A DNA stretch of 64,000 nucleotides from contig NC_043004.1 in NCBI RefSeq assembly GCF_006345805.1, positions 8,556,001-8,620,000 on the forward strand, read 5' to 3'. Numbering within the stretch: the first letter of the stretch is position 1; each line of letters starts with the position of its first letter. Both the position numbers and the translations under genes were made by a program. Below, in pieces: positions 50,876-64,000 of this stretch. The notes beneath the pieces were generated by a model. It did not search any database and was not told the origin of the DNA. It saw only the letters and a program-made list of their open reading frames with translations. The DNA is from Octopus sinensis. Taxonomy: Eukaryota.

Positions 50876-52200
50876 GCACAAAAAACTCCGAGTTTGTATT
50901 TACTATAAATATCCATGAGCCAATATTTTCTCAAAAAAATGAGTCACTAATATCCGAGACAGCGTTGAGAAATGCTGAAACTCCTCAGCTATTTATCCGG
51001 CCACAGGAAAAACAAACTGTGTTTAACCACAGTACCTCCTACATAGTGGCCAAACATGTAAACCAGTACCACCAGATTTATTTCGATTGAATAGTTTACC
51101 CTTTTTTTTCTTTTTCTATCCTTTTCCAGATTTTCCTGGTTATTTCTATTCTTTTTCGACAATCTGAAGTAGAAACAATGTCCGAAACGTAATACTCATT
51201 AACTCTTTGTCTTCATTCGCAATTTATCCGTCTATTTCTTTTCTTGGATTGTAGATTTTGTTTTTCGCCATACATACATACATACATACATATTATCTTA
51301 ATATTTTACTTGATTCATAGCCGCAGACACAATGACACGTGTGTGTGTATGTATATGAGTGTGTGTGTGTATAAATATATATATATATATATAAAATTTA
51401 AATAAAACACCAACTTGAGAAATATTGATGAGCAACAATTGATTTACATCAATTATTATCTATTAATTCAATACAAATAGACTGCATCCCATCTAACAGC
51501 TGTTTCTGCTTCCAATGTTGTATGGTATTGCTATTGATATGCTAAAAATATTTATGATATTTGGTAATAAAACCGATCTGAAACATGGAGTTTTATCACA
51601 GTGAAGAATAAATAAAAACGAAAGACCTAGAGAATAAATAGGGAAAAGTTGACTATGGTTGTAATCCTACCATTTTGCTTGTGTATCTCTTTGGGACGTT
51701 AGGTAAATGACTAAACTTTAAAAAGTAATTTGTGGATTAATCCTTTGTACGAGGGAGGTAGGTTGGATCCCATTATCATTTTTTATTATTTATTACATAT
51801 ATATATATATATACACACACATACATACGTACAACTTCCGTCTACCAAATCCTCTCACAAAGGTTTGTTGACCCGAGACTATAGTAGAAGATACTTGGCC
51901 AAGATGCCACACAGTGGGACTGAGCCCGGTACCTTGTGGCTGAGACACATATATATGTATATATACATATACATGCATACGTACACACACACACATATAT
52001 ATATATTTATATATATATATATATATATATATACGCACACAAATATGTATATATATATCAAAATTTAAATAGGTAATTAAGTGAATAAATATAGAAAAGA
52101 AATTCATAAACGTAAGGCGGAAGTAAGATAGAGTCATCTCGTTCTGAAACGATGCCATGGGTGTGGTCATTAAATGATAATGAGTAAATTAGCCAAGTAC

Positions 52201-52244
<44 letters not shown>

Positions 52245-52303
52245 ACACACACACACTTAGATATATACATACACACGTATATGTATTAATTCATGCATGT
52301 ATT

Positions 52304-52344
<41 letters not shown>

Positions 52345-52351
52345 GTTTGTT

Positions 52352-52396
<45 letters not shown>

Positions 52397-52420
52397 GCTT
52401 GTTTGTGTGTGTATATATAT

Positions 52421-52475
<55 letters not shown>

Positions 52476-52984
52476 GGAGAACGGTTAAGCTCTGTGAAGC
52501 GGTAATTAAACTTCCAGGAAATGATTTTCTTGAAAAATGTCGTAAATAGATTTATTCTTCATGCTTATATATTTGTTTTTGTTTGTTGCTGTTGCCGTTA
52601 TTTTTATTTGTTGGTTAGTGTTGTTGTTGCTGTTGGTAGGGGGGGTGGGGCTGGGATGAGACTTAGTCTCAGCTCAGCTCTGATAGAACAAGCGTATGTA
52701 TCAGAGGTATTCCAGCCGTGACTGTCTCTTCTTTTTGTATACCTATTGTATTATACAATGAGGGCTTCTTTTTAATTTACGGTAATGCGCAAATTGAGAG
52801 AGATTTGGAGAGATTAGGCTGCTATTTTTAACACGTTGCGCTACCACGTGAGGTCCCCATCTTTGAATTGACTTGTTAGAATCGTTGTCAGCTTTCTTGT
52901 CGCTGCTTTTGTTGTCGGTATTGTTGCTAATGATGTTGTTGATGTTGTTGCTATTGTTGCCACCGTTGTTGTTGGTACGTATCT

Positions 52985-53029
52985 GCTCTGATGAAGCTCT
53001 AATATGTTATTGCAGAAACAGCCGTAAGC
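52985..53029 (+). ncRNA. Minimal type-I hammerhead-like motif
   Basis: GCT-CTGATGA-AGC..AATA(TGT)TATT-GCA-GAAA-CAGCCGTA|AGC. The core is canonical and stem I has 3 bp. There is an A:A mismatch at the base of stem II. Confidence 0.5.
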
Positions 53030-53236
53030 TAATGAAGTTCATAAGATAATCATTTATTCGTTTGTCATTCCTCTTTCTTATTACCGCTCTATACTATACT
53101 CAGCTAACACTTCGTTCTGAAACATACGTATATTGAATTCTACCCCGGGTTATTTGTTTCGCAGTGCCTAAGCGAAATATAAACATTATTATTATCATCA
53201 ATAATATTAATACGCCAATTTGTTTTTTGTGCGTAC

Positions 53237-53290
53237 CTGACGCGTATGTCACGCTTAAATAAAAAATTTTAACTAGATCTCTTGTAATTT
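53237..53290 (-). CDS. Low-confidence candidate exon: (E)ITRDLVKIFYLSVTYAS
   Basis: Acceptor AAATTTTTTCCAG, donor CAG|GTACGC; 54 nt, one open frame, phase 1 to 1. Confidence 0.15.
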
Positions 53291-53687
53291 CTGGAAAAAA
53301 TTTGAAATAACCATCTATGTGGTGTTTTACAACACTCATGCCTACTGGGTCACCGAAGCAGCAACGATCTTAATGAGAAAATTAAGATACTTAAAGTTGA
53401 TGCGTGAGTCGAGCAAGGGAGAGAGAAAGAGAGAGGGAATGAGAGGGAGTGGCTGATAGGTATTTGAATTCCTTTCTACGATTGAACTGAAATTGGCCTC
53501 TGGCTATTAAAGGCCCAACCACATAAACACGCTCGCGCACACACACGTTTGTTTTAGGTCTTCTACCCATTTGAATTCGGCCGGATAACATGCTCAGTCT
53601 TACGCGCCGAAATTTAAATTTTGAATTTGTTTTAATAATAAAATTACACCTCAGCTAAAAACATATTTTGGCTTTCCAATACAACCT

Positions 53688-54186
53688 TTTCTTTCTCTTT
53701 CTATATCTTTTTGTTAAGATATAATTTCACTGTTTTGGTCAGAATTTTTCAAATTTCTTTTTTCTTGTATCAAGTAATGTACGAAAGCATTAAGAAACAA
53801 TTAAATTCATAGAGCCGAACAAAATCGAAAATATTAATTCCGTTTTCCCTTTCCTTAATACTAACAAGCGCACAGTATGAGAGAGATTTAGCTGCTATTT
53901 CTAGCAAATTGAGCAACCACACAGAGTTGTTCAATTGGTTCATTTGTTGATGTGTATAAATAAGCAAAAATTAAAAGACACACACATGAATGTATGTGTG
54001 TGTGTGTGTGTGTTAGAGATAATATGTACCGCGCGGTGGCACCTTTCTCTTTCTATATTTTTTTGTTAAGTTAATTTTTTTCTGTTTTGGTCGGGATTTT
54101 TCCAGTTTGTTTTTTCTTGTATCAAGCATTTGAAAAATTAACTTCATAGAGCCGAAGAAAATGAAAAATATTAATTCTGTATTTAC
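53688..54186. repeat. Two diverged direct copies of a unit of about 150 bp (53688-53848 and 54043-54186)
   Basis: Shared CTTTCTCTTTCTATAT..TTGTTAAG..CTGTTTTGGTC..TTTTCTTGTATCAAG..TTCATAGAGCCGAA..AAAATATTAATTC. Confidence 0.8.
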
Positions 54187-55394
54187 CGTTTACTTTTCAC
54201 TTTCCTACAATATAATTAATTACTGTATCCTATACACTGTGTCCTTTCATATTAGGTGAGAATTTCGGAAATATTTTCACCTTTTAAACAAAAACTATCT
54301 AATACATTCGGATATGTTTTTCAATTGAAACACTCTGAATCATTTTGGAGATTTATTGTTTTAATAACGAGTTTTAAAATATGGATAATCGCATGAGGGA
54401 CGCAGTACGAGAGCGTCAGCGTAGAAGGAGAGAACGGTAGCGCAAGGAACAGTGGGTGGAAATAAGGAATCAAAATCGCATGAAGACGAGACAGAAGAAA
54501 CGGCATAGGAGGGAAAAATGTCACAAAAGGATTGAACAAATGAGCCAGGATCAAATATAAGGAGTTATATTGAAAAAGGATGGAAATAAGAAGTTTAGAG
54601 GGAAATAAGAGAATAAAAGTAAAAGTAAAAACATATATGTAAAAATATGTGCAGGATATTATAGCTGCAGTTCCTTATCCAAGGGAAGTGGTGCGTAGAA
54701 GTGGTAAAAATACTTCATGTCCATTGTAGGTAAATTCCGATAGGTGTTCATATTTTGTCATTACAAATGGAAAGTGTGGAGACGTAGATTCCATGTGCTG
54801 TTCATTCAAAGGGGTCTTGTGGTGTGAATGACATTTTGAGAATGTAGTGATAGTATTAAGTAGATAGAGAGGAGAGAAAAGATGTACATGTTAAAATGAG
54901 GAGAATGGTCAAAACGAATTGGTGGGGAAAGAAGAAAGAAAGAAAGTGGAAGAGAAAATGAAAAAAGGAGTGTTAGTGGGTGGTCAAGATATTATGAGGG
55001 GTTTGGGAGAGGAGAAGGGAGGGATAGGAAGAGATAAGAATTAAAGAATGAATATGTATGAGGTGTGAGAGGTGGGGTGATATGTTTGAAAGTACTAAGG
55101 TGGAGGGATGGTTACAGGAGATGGTACAAGGGGTTACTAAAGGGAGTAGTAAACCTCAAAAATAAAAGGAAGAATAATAAGATTTAATGGTTAAGTTTCT
55201 AAACATAAACAGAGGTATTTATTGTACTGGCTAATGTGATAGTGGTGGGGCTGAGGAATCAGTGAGAGAAAGAAAGAAGTGTATATTGGTATGCACGCGC
55301 GTACACACGTACATATGCGTGTGTATATGCACTGTTATATAATCCCGCATGCTTATGTACTTAAACCCATGCGCATATATGAATATATATATAT

Positions 55395-55444
<50 letters not shown>

Positions 55445-55456
55445 ACATACACACAT

Positions 55457-55488
<32 letters not shown>

Positions 55489-55666
55489 CCATACACATGC
55501 GCGCGCACATGTCTACATGTCCATATATGTATTATTAAATAATTAAAAAATAAGATTGAAGAGTTAGAAAATTAAAAGCGGAGGCAATGGAAAGTCAAAT
55601 AGGGTTGCTGGAAATTACCGAGGGGGTGTTCGGGATATGTACTGTGTGGTGATTTAGGTTCCCTTT

Positions 55667-56290
55667 TTATTTGTGGTAAAATTTGAAGGTATGAAAAAAG
55701 CGGTGGTTGCATGTACCCAGGGCCTCATTATATTTATTTAGTAGTATTGAAGAGTTGTGTTTTAATATGTAGAATGCCTCTTTTAGGCATAACTTACAGG
55801 CTGAGCCGTGACCCTGGTATGGAAGCCTTGAATCCATTATGGACCATGACAAGAAGTGGGGAATATTTCTATTTTTGAGATAATGTATGTGACTGGCAGG
55901 GGTTATGGATCTATCGTGTTTCTCATACCTAAAAGAATTGAGTTGCGCAGCGTATCGTTGTTTGAAATTGATAGTTGACCCAATATATACGGCTGGAGAA
56001 TTATGTAACGTGTTGAAGACGGTGCATTTATAAATTACGTTAGACTTTCTGCAAGGGGTTTGTAGAGGGCTGATGGTTCCAAGGAAGCAGTTGCATGTAG
56101 TGCATTGTGGGGATTATTTTCAGAAATGGAGGAGGTAATGTTGTCTGAGGAGAGGTTAGAGATGGGGGTAGACTGGTCTAGGTTATTAACATTATTATTA
56201 CTGTTAGAGGCTGTTATGATAGACTCAAAGTTGGGCGGAGTAGGATAGCTTTAAGGTAGATCTATTAAAGATGGAAAAATATTTATGTTG
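55667..56290 (-). mobile_element. Penelope-like element 3' fragment: RT thumb remnant plus an open GIY-YIG endonuclease frame
   Basis: Stop-free from about 56107 to 55667: CNCF..SPLQTPCRKSNVIYKCTV..VYIGSTINFKQRY..WSIMD..CKLCLKEAFYIL..LLNK..CNHRF. The upstream FNRSTLKLSYS fits the RT thumb. Confidence 0.88.
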
Positions 56291-56309
56291 ACGAGGGAAG
56301 TTGGAGTCC

Positions 56310-56520
56310 AGTATATTAAAAAAGGATAACATCCTTCATATATTTTTACTTTTATTTTTATGTTTATTCTCTTATTTCCTTTTATACTTCCTATATCTAT
56401 CCTTTTCCAAAATAACTCCTTATATTGAACCCTACTATTTCCCTCTATGTATCCATATCACATCTGATGAAGGGATATCCCTAATATCCCAGAAACAGCT
56501 GTAAGACTTTCTCTTTATAA
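56310..56520 (+). mobile_element. Inverted PLE pseudo-LTR copy with a hammerhead-like motif (56460-56507)
   Basis: 56320-56440 is reverse-complement similar to 54540-54670. Motif CTGATGA-A-GGGATAT(CCCTA)ATATCCC-A-GAAACAGCTGTA|AGAC. Confidence 0.65.
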
Positions 56521-56568
56521 ATGTCCTGAAAATTCCACACAGCCTTGGTTTTGTTGTCTCATTTCATT

Positions 56569-56619
<51 letters not shown>

Positions 56620-58264
56620 TATCTGCTTATATATACACATTCACACATCTATGTCTATACATACAAACATGTCTGCATAGTTACATTAGTACGTAGAGAG
56701 AAGAAAGAGATGGAAATGGTGAGCCGAATCAGTAGTTCTGCGACAGATGAACAAACTATGAAGATTACGGCGATGGATGGGAAGAGTCTGACAAAATGTC
56801 TGGCTGAATTTGTTCTTTTTCCCCTTTTTTTCTTGGAGGGTATTGCACTGAGTATTCTACTGTGTTATTGGCACCAACCTGCATCAAACTTCTCTTCCTA
56901 CGATCACATATGTGCCGCCCAGAGTGGATTCTTGCTACGTAGGTAACTACTTGTCTCCCATGAAAAGAAACATTGCTCGTGCCTACATTCAGATATATGG
57001 TCAAAGCTGTCCGGCGGTGAATCAAGAGTATTTAGAAGGATGAGGGATCAAATCGGTGGAGCACTACACAGATTGTCTTGCGGTTGTCTTTGCATTCTTT
57101 GTCTAGATGAAATTATTAGTAATGAATATTTAATTGACCGTAACCTCCTGGAAAATTACTAACCTTCAGTCTGTTTCTGTATTTATAAGTCTTAAAGAAA
57201 AATATCTGAATGGACGTGTAAGTACGCAAGCAATGTATGCACTTGTAAGGTTAAGTTAAGAGCTGACACTGCGTCTCCACTTTTAACAAGGACGCCATTT
57301 TAAATTATAAATTAGAGAGATGCAAAAGGTGTTTCTGCAAGTTTGCATCTTCATCTGAGACAAACATACTAAAAGATGTTGTCATACATCGACATCTGTG
57401 TGCTTATGTATTTCATTCACTCTCTCTCTCTCTGTCTCCCCGCCTCTGTCTCTGTGTTTCTGTTCCCCTCTTTCTCCCATGCTCTCTCTGTGTCTTTCTC
57501 CCTCTCTCTGTCTCCCCCTCTCCCCCTCTCCCCCTCTCTCTCCCTCTGTCTGTCTGTCTGTCTCTCTCCCTCTCTCTCCCTCTCCCTCTCTCTCTTTCCC
57601 TCTCTCTCCCTTTCTCTCTTCATGCATGTGTGGGTGACCGTTTACATATGTTTTCTGCTCTGTTTCTATATCAATATTCTGTTATCAAACTAAAAACTCT
57701 TTTTTTTGCTCTTTGCCTTTTAGTTAAACTTTTTCTGCATGTTTTTTTTTATTTTGTTTTATTGTTTCTTCTTGTTATATTTGTTGTTTGTATAATCTTC
57801 TTGTTCTTCATTCTCTACGCTCAACCAAGCATGACATGATAAATGAATGCAACTGCGCCTTCTCACTGAACCAAAACAAACCACTTAATTTCTGGTTCTT
57901 CAATGGATTCTAAGTTTTCTGTTGACGATATCTTCACTAATTAACAATTACTTTGCTTATTCAATTATCGTTGCTGTCATACAAACGAATCGTTGTTTAA
58001 TAAAGTTCACAGATTTTGATAAGTTCCAATACCAAGGAAGAGACAAGAAAGCTGACGTTTCTAGGAAAAGTCTTCACTGGAGAAAGAAAAACTATTTTTA
58101 ACTTAATGGTGATACAACTTTATATTCATACTGCTGCCTTTGTAATCAGCTCAGACTCAGTCTCTCTCTTTTCTCTCTCTCTCTCTCTTCTCTCTCCCTT
58201 CCTCCCTCCGTCTCTCTCTCCCTTCCTCCCTCTCTTTCTCTCTCCCCCTCCCTTCCTCCCTCCG

Positions 58265-58298
<34 letters not shown>

Positions 58299-58546
58299 TT
58301 ATTCCAAACCCCATATTTATTGTCTTCTCCCTCTACACACATCCAAAATTTTGAGAGCTCCATTCAATAGATTTTACTCATGTGGACCTGCCACCATTAG
58401 TTTTCTCAAGCTCTGGTTTTTCTGTCATTGTATCGCCACACATTGCTTCTTCAAGAAGAAACGTGGATAATGGAATCGAAGGTCAATGGTTTGTGCCATA
58501 TCAGCGCCATTTATGTCTCTCTATATGCTAGACATTTAAACCTCAC

Positions 58547-58603
58547 CCGTTTCAGGTCGCCATGGTTTAGTTATTCTATACAAGAGAATTGCCGTAAATA
58601 CTG
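58547..58603 (-). CDS. Low-confidence candidate exon: VFTAILLYRITKPWRPET
   Basis: Acceptor CTCCTTATTTTAG, donor CGG|GTGAGG; 57 nt, one open frame, phase 1 to 1. Confidence 0.15.
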
Positions 58604-58999
58604 CTAAAATAAGGAGTATTTTGTTGCCCCGTAGTGCTGAACTCAACTCCCCAAACAGCTATGACAATAAAAAGTTCTGGACCTTATTACTTTCTCCTAC
58701 ATGGCTGTTTCATAATAAAAGCGCTACTTTTACAACATTCCGACTGACTTGTTGAACAAATTTCCATCATTCACTTTCGGTGTTTTCTTATTTTTATCAG
58801 GTTTTCTTTTCTTTTGCGATTTTCGTCAAACTTGAATATTTTTACTTGGAGTCGATCGTGTTGTCCACTGTTCTAACCTTCGAAACATTCATCCGTAAAC
58901 AGGAGGCTTGAGAGGCCTTTCTACACGAAACATCTGCTGCTGTACATTGTCTTCCTCGCAGAACAAACACTTAACTTTGCCAAATTCCTGTGTAAGCTA

Positions 59000-60264
59000 T
59001 TAGGTTGTCAAGAAAGTACTTAAGGAATTTTAAATTTTAGTTTTAAATTATGTATTTTCAAATTAATTTTCGTTAAATTACTTTGACTTATATCATTTTA
59101 AAGCCCGATTTTCGCTCTATCTAATCGTGTTACACTTTTTCTTTTTGAATAATTAGGTCATTTTTTTCTGGAACCTTGAATAAAATATGAACAAAAAGAA
59201 AATTCGCACAATTTTCATATTTCAGTTCAAGCTAGGCCGAGAAGCTGCTGAAACAGCTCACAATACCAGCGATGAGTTTGGCCCAGGAACCACTAATCAG
59301 TGTACAGCAAAATGGTGGTTCAAGAATTTCATCGTAGTGACAAGAGTCTTGAAGATGATAAGCTTAGTAATCGGCCATCGGAAGTTGGCAACAATCAACT
59401 AAGAGCCTTAGTTGAAGCCAATCCACGCACAACTGTTAGGGAGCTTGCTTCTGAATTAGACGTAACGTATACGACAATTTCCAACCACTTGAAAGAGATT
59501 GGAAAAACAAAAATACTTGAGAAATGGGTGCCGCACGAATTGAACGACAACCAAAAAAAACCCCCAAAAAACGCCATTTTGAAGTGTCGTCTTTTCTATT
59601 ACGCAACAAGAATGACCCGTTTCTCGACCGAGTTGTGACTTGCGATGAAAAGTGAATTCTTTACGACAACCGGCGATGCTCAGCTCGGTGGTTGGACGCC
59701 TACGAAGCTCCACGGCACTTGCCGAAGCCAAAGTTGTACCAAAAGAAGGTCATGGTGACTGTTTGGTGGTCTGCGGCCAGTCTCATCCATCACAGCTTTT
59801 TGGATCCAGGCGAAACCATTACGGCGAAGTACTGTCAGCAAATGGATGAAATGCATAAGAAACCCCGACAACAACAGCCAGCATTGGTCAATAGAAAAGG
59901 ACCAATTCTTCTCCACGACAACGCTCGGCCGCACGTCGCACAACTGACTCTGCAGAAGATTAACGAATTGGGCTACGAAACTCTGGCTCATCCGCCATAT
60001 TCACCAGACCTCTTTCCTAGCCAGTGCCACTTTTTCAAGCACCGCGACAACTTCCTGCATGAGAAATGCTTAAAAAACCAAGACAATGCCAAACACGCCT
60101 TCAATGACTTCATCGCCACCAGAACGCAAGATTTTTACGCTGCTGTCATAAATAAACTTGTTTCGCGTTGGCAAAAGTATGTTGATTCTGATGGTGTTTT
60201 GTTTCGATTAATAAAGTTTTGTTTGAGCCGGGATATGTGCACCTGAACTTTCTTGACAACCTAA
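59000..60264 (+). mobile_element. Full-length inactive mariner (DD34D, Hsmar1/SETMAR-like) transposon, 1265 bp
   Basis: Perfect 18-bp TIRs TTAGGTTGTCAAGAAAGT and TA TSDs (58998-58999, 60265-60266). Motifs WVPHEL, VTCDEK, HDNARPH and YSPDL are present. There are frameshifts and a stop, and the third Asp is replaced (PSQCHFF). Confidence 0.97.
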
Positions 60265-60867
60265 TAATATTATAGATTTCTGCCTTTTGCTTCCATGGCT
60301 ACATTTAATGGAGCTCTTTTTCCTTGCTGAGGTTGACAATAAAATATCTTTGTGGTTCTTTGCCACCAGAAATTGAAACCAAATCTCCAACTCGTATCAA
60401 GCTTTCTTAAACAAAAGAATATATTGGAAAACGTAAACCTATATTTGTTGGTTAAAAGGACGAGATGGCTATGGATGGAACCTCTTTTTATCCTAGGTGT
60501 GATTAATCATGTCTGAACTGAGGTTAAGCAACAACAACGAATGCTTTCCAAGAGTGAAACGAACAGCAAATAGTAAACTAAAGAAGTAATAAAGTTGAGG
60601 CATTGAAGAGAAAAAAGTCATCGAGTTCCTGTTTGCGATGCTTGCAAAAAAAAAGTTGTGCAGACTTTGTTTACTTGTTCTTAGACAAAGGAAAAGAGAA
60701 AAAAAGAAGAAAAAGGCAGACGTCAAAATGTACCATTATTCGGTTGTATCTCAATTTCCTACAATCATTCCGGCAACGGATTGTCTAAATGTAAAAACTA
60801 ATAAACTTCCTCTGACCATATACGGCCTTCAATACGCACGCATGCACACTATACACGCGTACATACA

Positions 60868-60900
<33 letters not shown>

Positions 60901-61017
60901 GCATGCATACATACACACACACACACAAACACACACACACATATATATATATACTTACATGGGTATATACATGTACACATACATTCATACATAAATACAT
61001 ATATATGTGTATATGTA

Positions 61018-61063
<46 letters not shown>

Positions 61064-61154
61064 AATACATACACACACACGCACGCACACACACGCGTGC
61101 GCACACAAACACGCGCGCACACACACACGCGCGCGCACACACACACACTCATAT

Positions 61155-61188
<34 letters not shown>

Positions 61189-63099
61189 CAATGTATATAT
61201 GCGTGTGTGTAATAAACGAACTTATATATGCACATTATGAATGTGTATCCTGTTTTACACTATACTTCCGTGCACAAGATGTGATTATGATATCCGGTGA
61301 TGTGTACAACTTCCGGTCTAATCTGCACTCAACCCATGTCACTGAGACAGAGACGGAACATGGAATAAATACAGAGACTAGTGCAAGAGAATGATTTTTT
61401 TATTGGCGCATGTTGCAAATCTTATCTTCAACAATCGTTTATTTAGTTATTCCTTTATAGATATATATGTGTGTGTGTGTTTGTATGCTCACACACACAT
61501 ATATACATACGTACATACATGTATATATATACACATACATATATATATATTTACATATGTGTGTGTGTGTGTGGTGTGTGTGTGTGCATACATACACGCC
61601 AGAAGAGCTGCTCATAGTTTCATGCTTTTATGATACTTGAACAGGTGTATTTATAAAGTACGCCATGTATCTCCACGCAATCTTCCAGGCTCTGTTTATA
61701 ACTTAGATATATTTCTTTTAAAAAAAAGGACTCTGGACAATGAGAAAATAAGAAAAAGAAAGCGACAATAAATAAGGAAAGAAAATTAATGCAAAAAATT
61801 GGAACTATAAGAAAGAAGCAGAATGGAACAGTAAGAAAGAAACAAAACCAAGATCCCCCACCCATCCATCCTCCCTGATTGCAGAAACCACAATTAATAT
61901 AGCTGATATAGAGCAAAGTATATGTCAAAGTCTGCGAGAAAGCAACTTGTTCCAGAGTGGGTGTTGTCTTTCAGTTCGACAAAAGAAACTTGTCCATTTG
62001 TTTGCATCTGGTAAAAATTTCAAATTTGGAATTGAATAATGTGTTGGAATTTTGAGATCTAAGAAGAGTATGAGATCTTTCTACTACGCATGAGTTATAT
62101 TTCTTAGTTCTATTAATATATGGCTTGGATTTCTCCACAATTCTCCACGATTCTCCACTTGATTATATGTGGTGTGGAGTTGGTCTTCAATCTCCATACG
62201 TAGCTAATCAATTTACTTGCATTACTTTTGCCGATGTTCTGCAAAATCTTGATATCTTATTCTCATAACGTTTATTAAAATCGTCTTCGCAAAGCCCGAT
62301 GTAATTCTTCTTTTCAATTAATTATCTTGAAGCGTTGCTCTTACATGACGGAGTTTATCATACGCGCCTAGTCATGTGGGAAAGCTTCAGGGTCTTGACA
62401 GTTACAACTAGCAGTAGGCTTTTGGTGACTTTTATGAGTTATGATGTTCTTCAGCTGCTTCCCCAATATGAACGCTCATCTTAAAACTGGTTTGTCGTCC
62501 TAGTGTTGTATCTTAGTAGAGGCAGATAATATGTTCATAGCGTAAAGAGAGGAGGCACACGTTCTGTATTTATGCCGGAGATTTATATGTTTATGATATT
62601 GATTTTTGAGACGTCTTTTTAGATTTCCACTCATCTGATGGGAAGACATTTTAGTAGGTTTTCTGTTTTTGCTTTTTTAAACGATTTTGTTTTCTGTGCA
62701 AGAGTCAGTTTTGCTACTTTAAATCAATTTTATGACAATAAATTTGCTATTAGACTATTGAAACGGATAATTATTTTGTCAAGTATTATACAACTCGTTG
62801 TTGTTGTTGTTGTTTATACTACATGGAAATTTACACGTTTTCTTCCTCTCGTTTATTTTACTTCACTTTTGCAATTTTCTTGTTAACTTTGGTGTGTACC
62901 CTCATACAAATTGTGCTTAAACACATTGAAGTCATAACAATCCCATCTTTGTTGAATCATGTTGTTTAACGTGTTCATTTTGAGGACGAGGATCCTGGTT
63001 TGTGAGCTGATACTAGCTCTCTTTCTTATCATCACTCTATACTAAAATAATGACATCACTATAACATAAAATAGGTTTGACTGAAAGAAATTCCAGCAG

Positions 63100-63410
63100 C
63101 CACTACGGCAGCCACACTTCATCTGTCCAAAACGAAGAAAAAAGAATTTTTCAAGTTCTGTGTGAAAGTTGAAAGACTAAACATTATTTATAACTGGAAA
63201 CTGACGGGGAATTAATATTTTTTTAAACACAAGTTGCGATATAAAGAAGCAAAACAAACCATACGACAATGCTTCCAAGATCTTACATGTGAAGAAGAAA
63301 TTTATTTTAGATAAGCGCAAGACCCAAAATAATTTCATAAATAAGAGATCTGAAATGTTGACCAAGTGCAGACATATTAATAAATTCTTCCTAGTTAATT
63401 TTTTAGCGAA
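63100..63410 (+). mobile_element. Penelope-like GIY-YIG C-terminal remnant
   Basis: KPYDNASK...FILDKRKTQNNFINKRSEMLTKCRHINKFFL matches the NKRSE..KCRH.NKF end of PLE endonucleases. Confidence 0.75.
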
Positions 63411-64000
63411 TGATGCAATTCGCTTAATGTATATTACGTTGCTGATGATCTTGCTTCTAACTTTACTGCATGCTGGCCTTTCATATTTCCTAATTTATAC
63501 CTCAAGTGTTCACAGACTTCCAGTGCAACTGAAAGAAATCACACAGCAGATTAATACACATAAAAATACCTAAAATTGCTCGATAGTCTCCTGTAGAGAA
63601 AAATGTTTCGTATCTAGAGATAAATCTTTATGTGTAGTAATTGGAAAACCGTGAAACTATACTTGAGTTTTGTACAACACGTCTTATGCGGAATTAAGCT
63701 TTACCCTACTAATGAAAGGAAGTTAAAAACGTGTCACATAAAATATTCATACATAAATTTGTTCACGTATTCAAGTAAAAATGTACTGGAACATACGTAT
63801 GATAATCTAATTATTCTATGTTATGCGAGCGTGTTTTGCAGCAAAAGAGCAAAACGTGTAATCTTAAATATGGAGAATATACATTACAAATTCGTTTCCT
63901 TACAATTACAAAGCTGTAAATAAGAGGCCATTTATAAATTATCTTTTATCGTCTACGTGCTTTTGCCATTACACTGCAGCCATGCTGGAACGCCGCCTTG

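Noticed and set aside
58889-58987. Minus-strand EFGKVKCLFCEEDNVQQQMFRVERPLKPPVYG* after an acceptor
   Set aside because: Short, with no partner exon, and it abuts the mariner insertion. It cannot be distinguished from chance or a zinc-finger transposase relic.

Overview
AT-rich eukaryotic DNA packed with microsatellites and transposon remnants. There is no operon-like organisation and no CRISPR array. The tRNA-derived SINE families and the (TATG)n/(TA)n/(TATC)n load resemble a coleoid cephalopod (Octopus-like) genome; this is inference from recalled repeat sequences, not a database result. Almost all long ORFs in the track are microsatellite artefacts. Recognisable content is three tRNA-derived SINE families (called A, B and C here), RTE, CR1 and R4-like LINE fragments, Penelope-like (PLE) GIY-YIG fragments with hammerhead-like motifs, a full-length dead mariner, a maT-type fragment, MITEs and many long inverted repeats. 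The best gene evidence is the 3' end of an unidentified minus-strand membrane-protein gene (terminal exon 1868-1956, internal exon 3441-3537). That internal exon is tandemly duplicated (3976-4072). Main leads: the duplicated 97-nt exon, a SINE whose 184-bp B-box module is expanded up to 7 times, an HDV-like ribozyme fold at an RTE-type 5' end, minimal hammerhead motifs, and a cluster of long fold-backs. All exon calls come from manual splice-site and phase reading and need RNA evidence.
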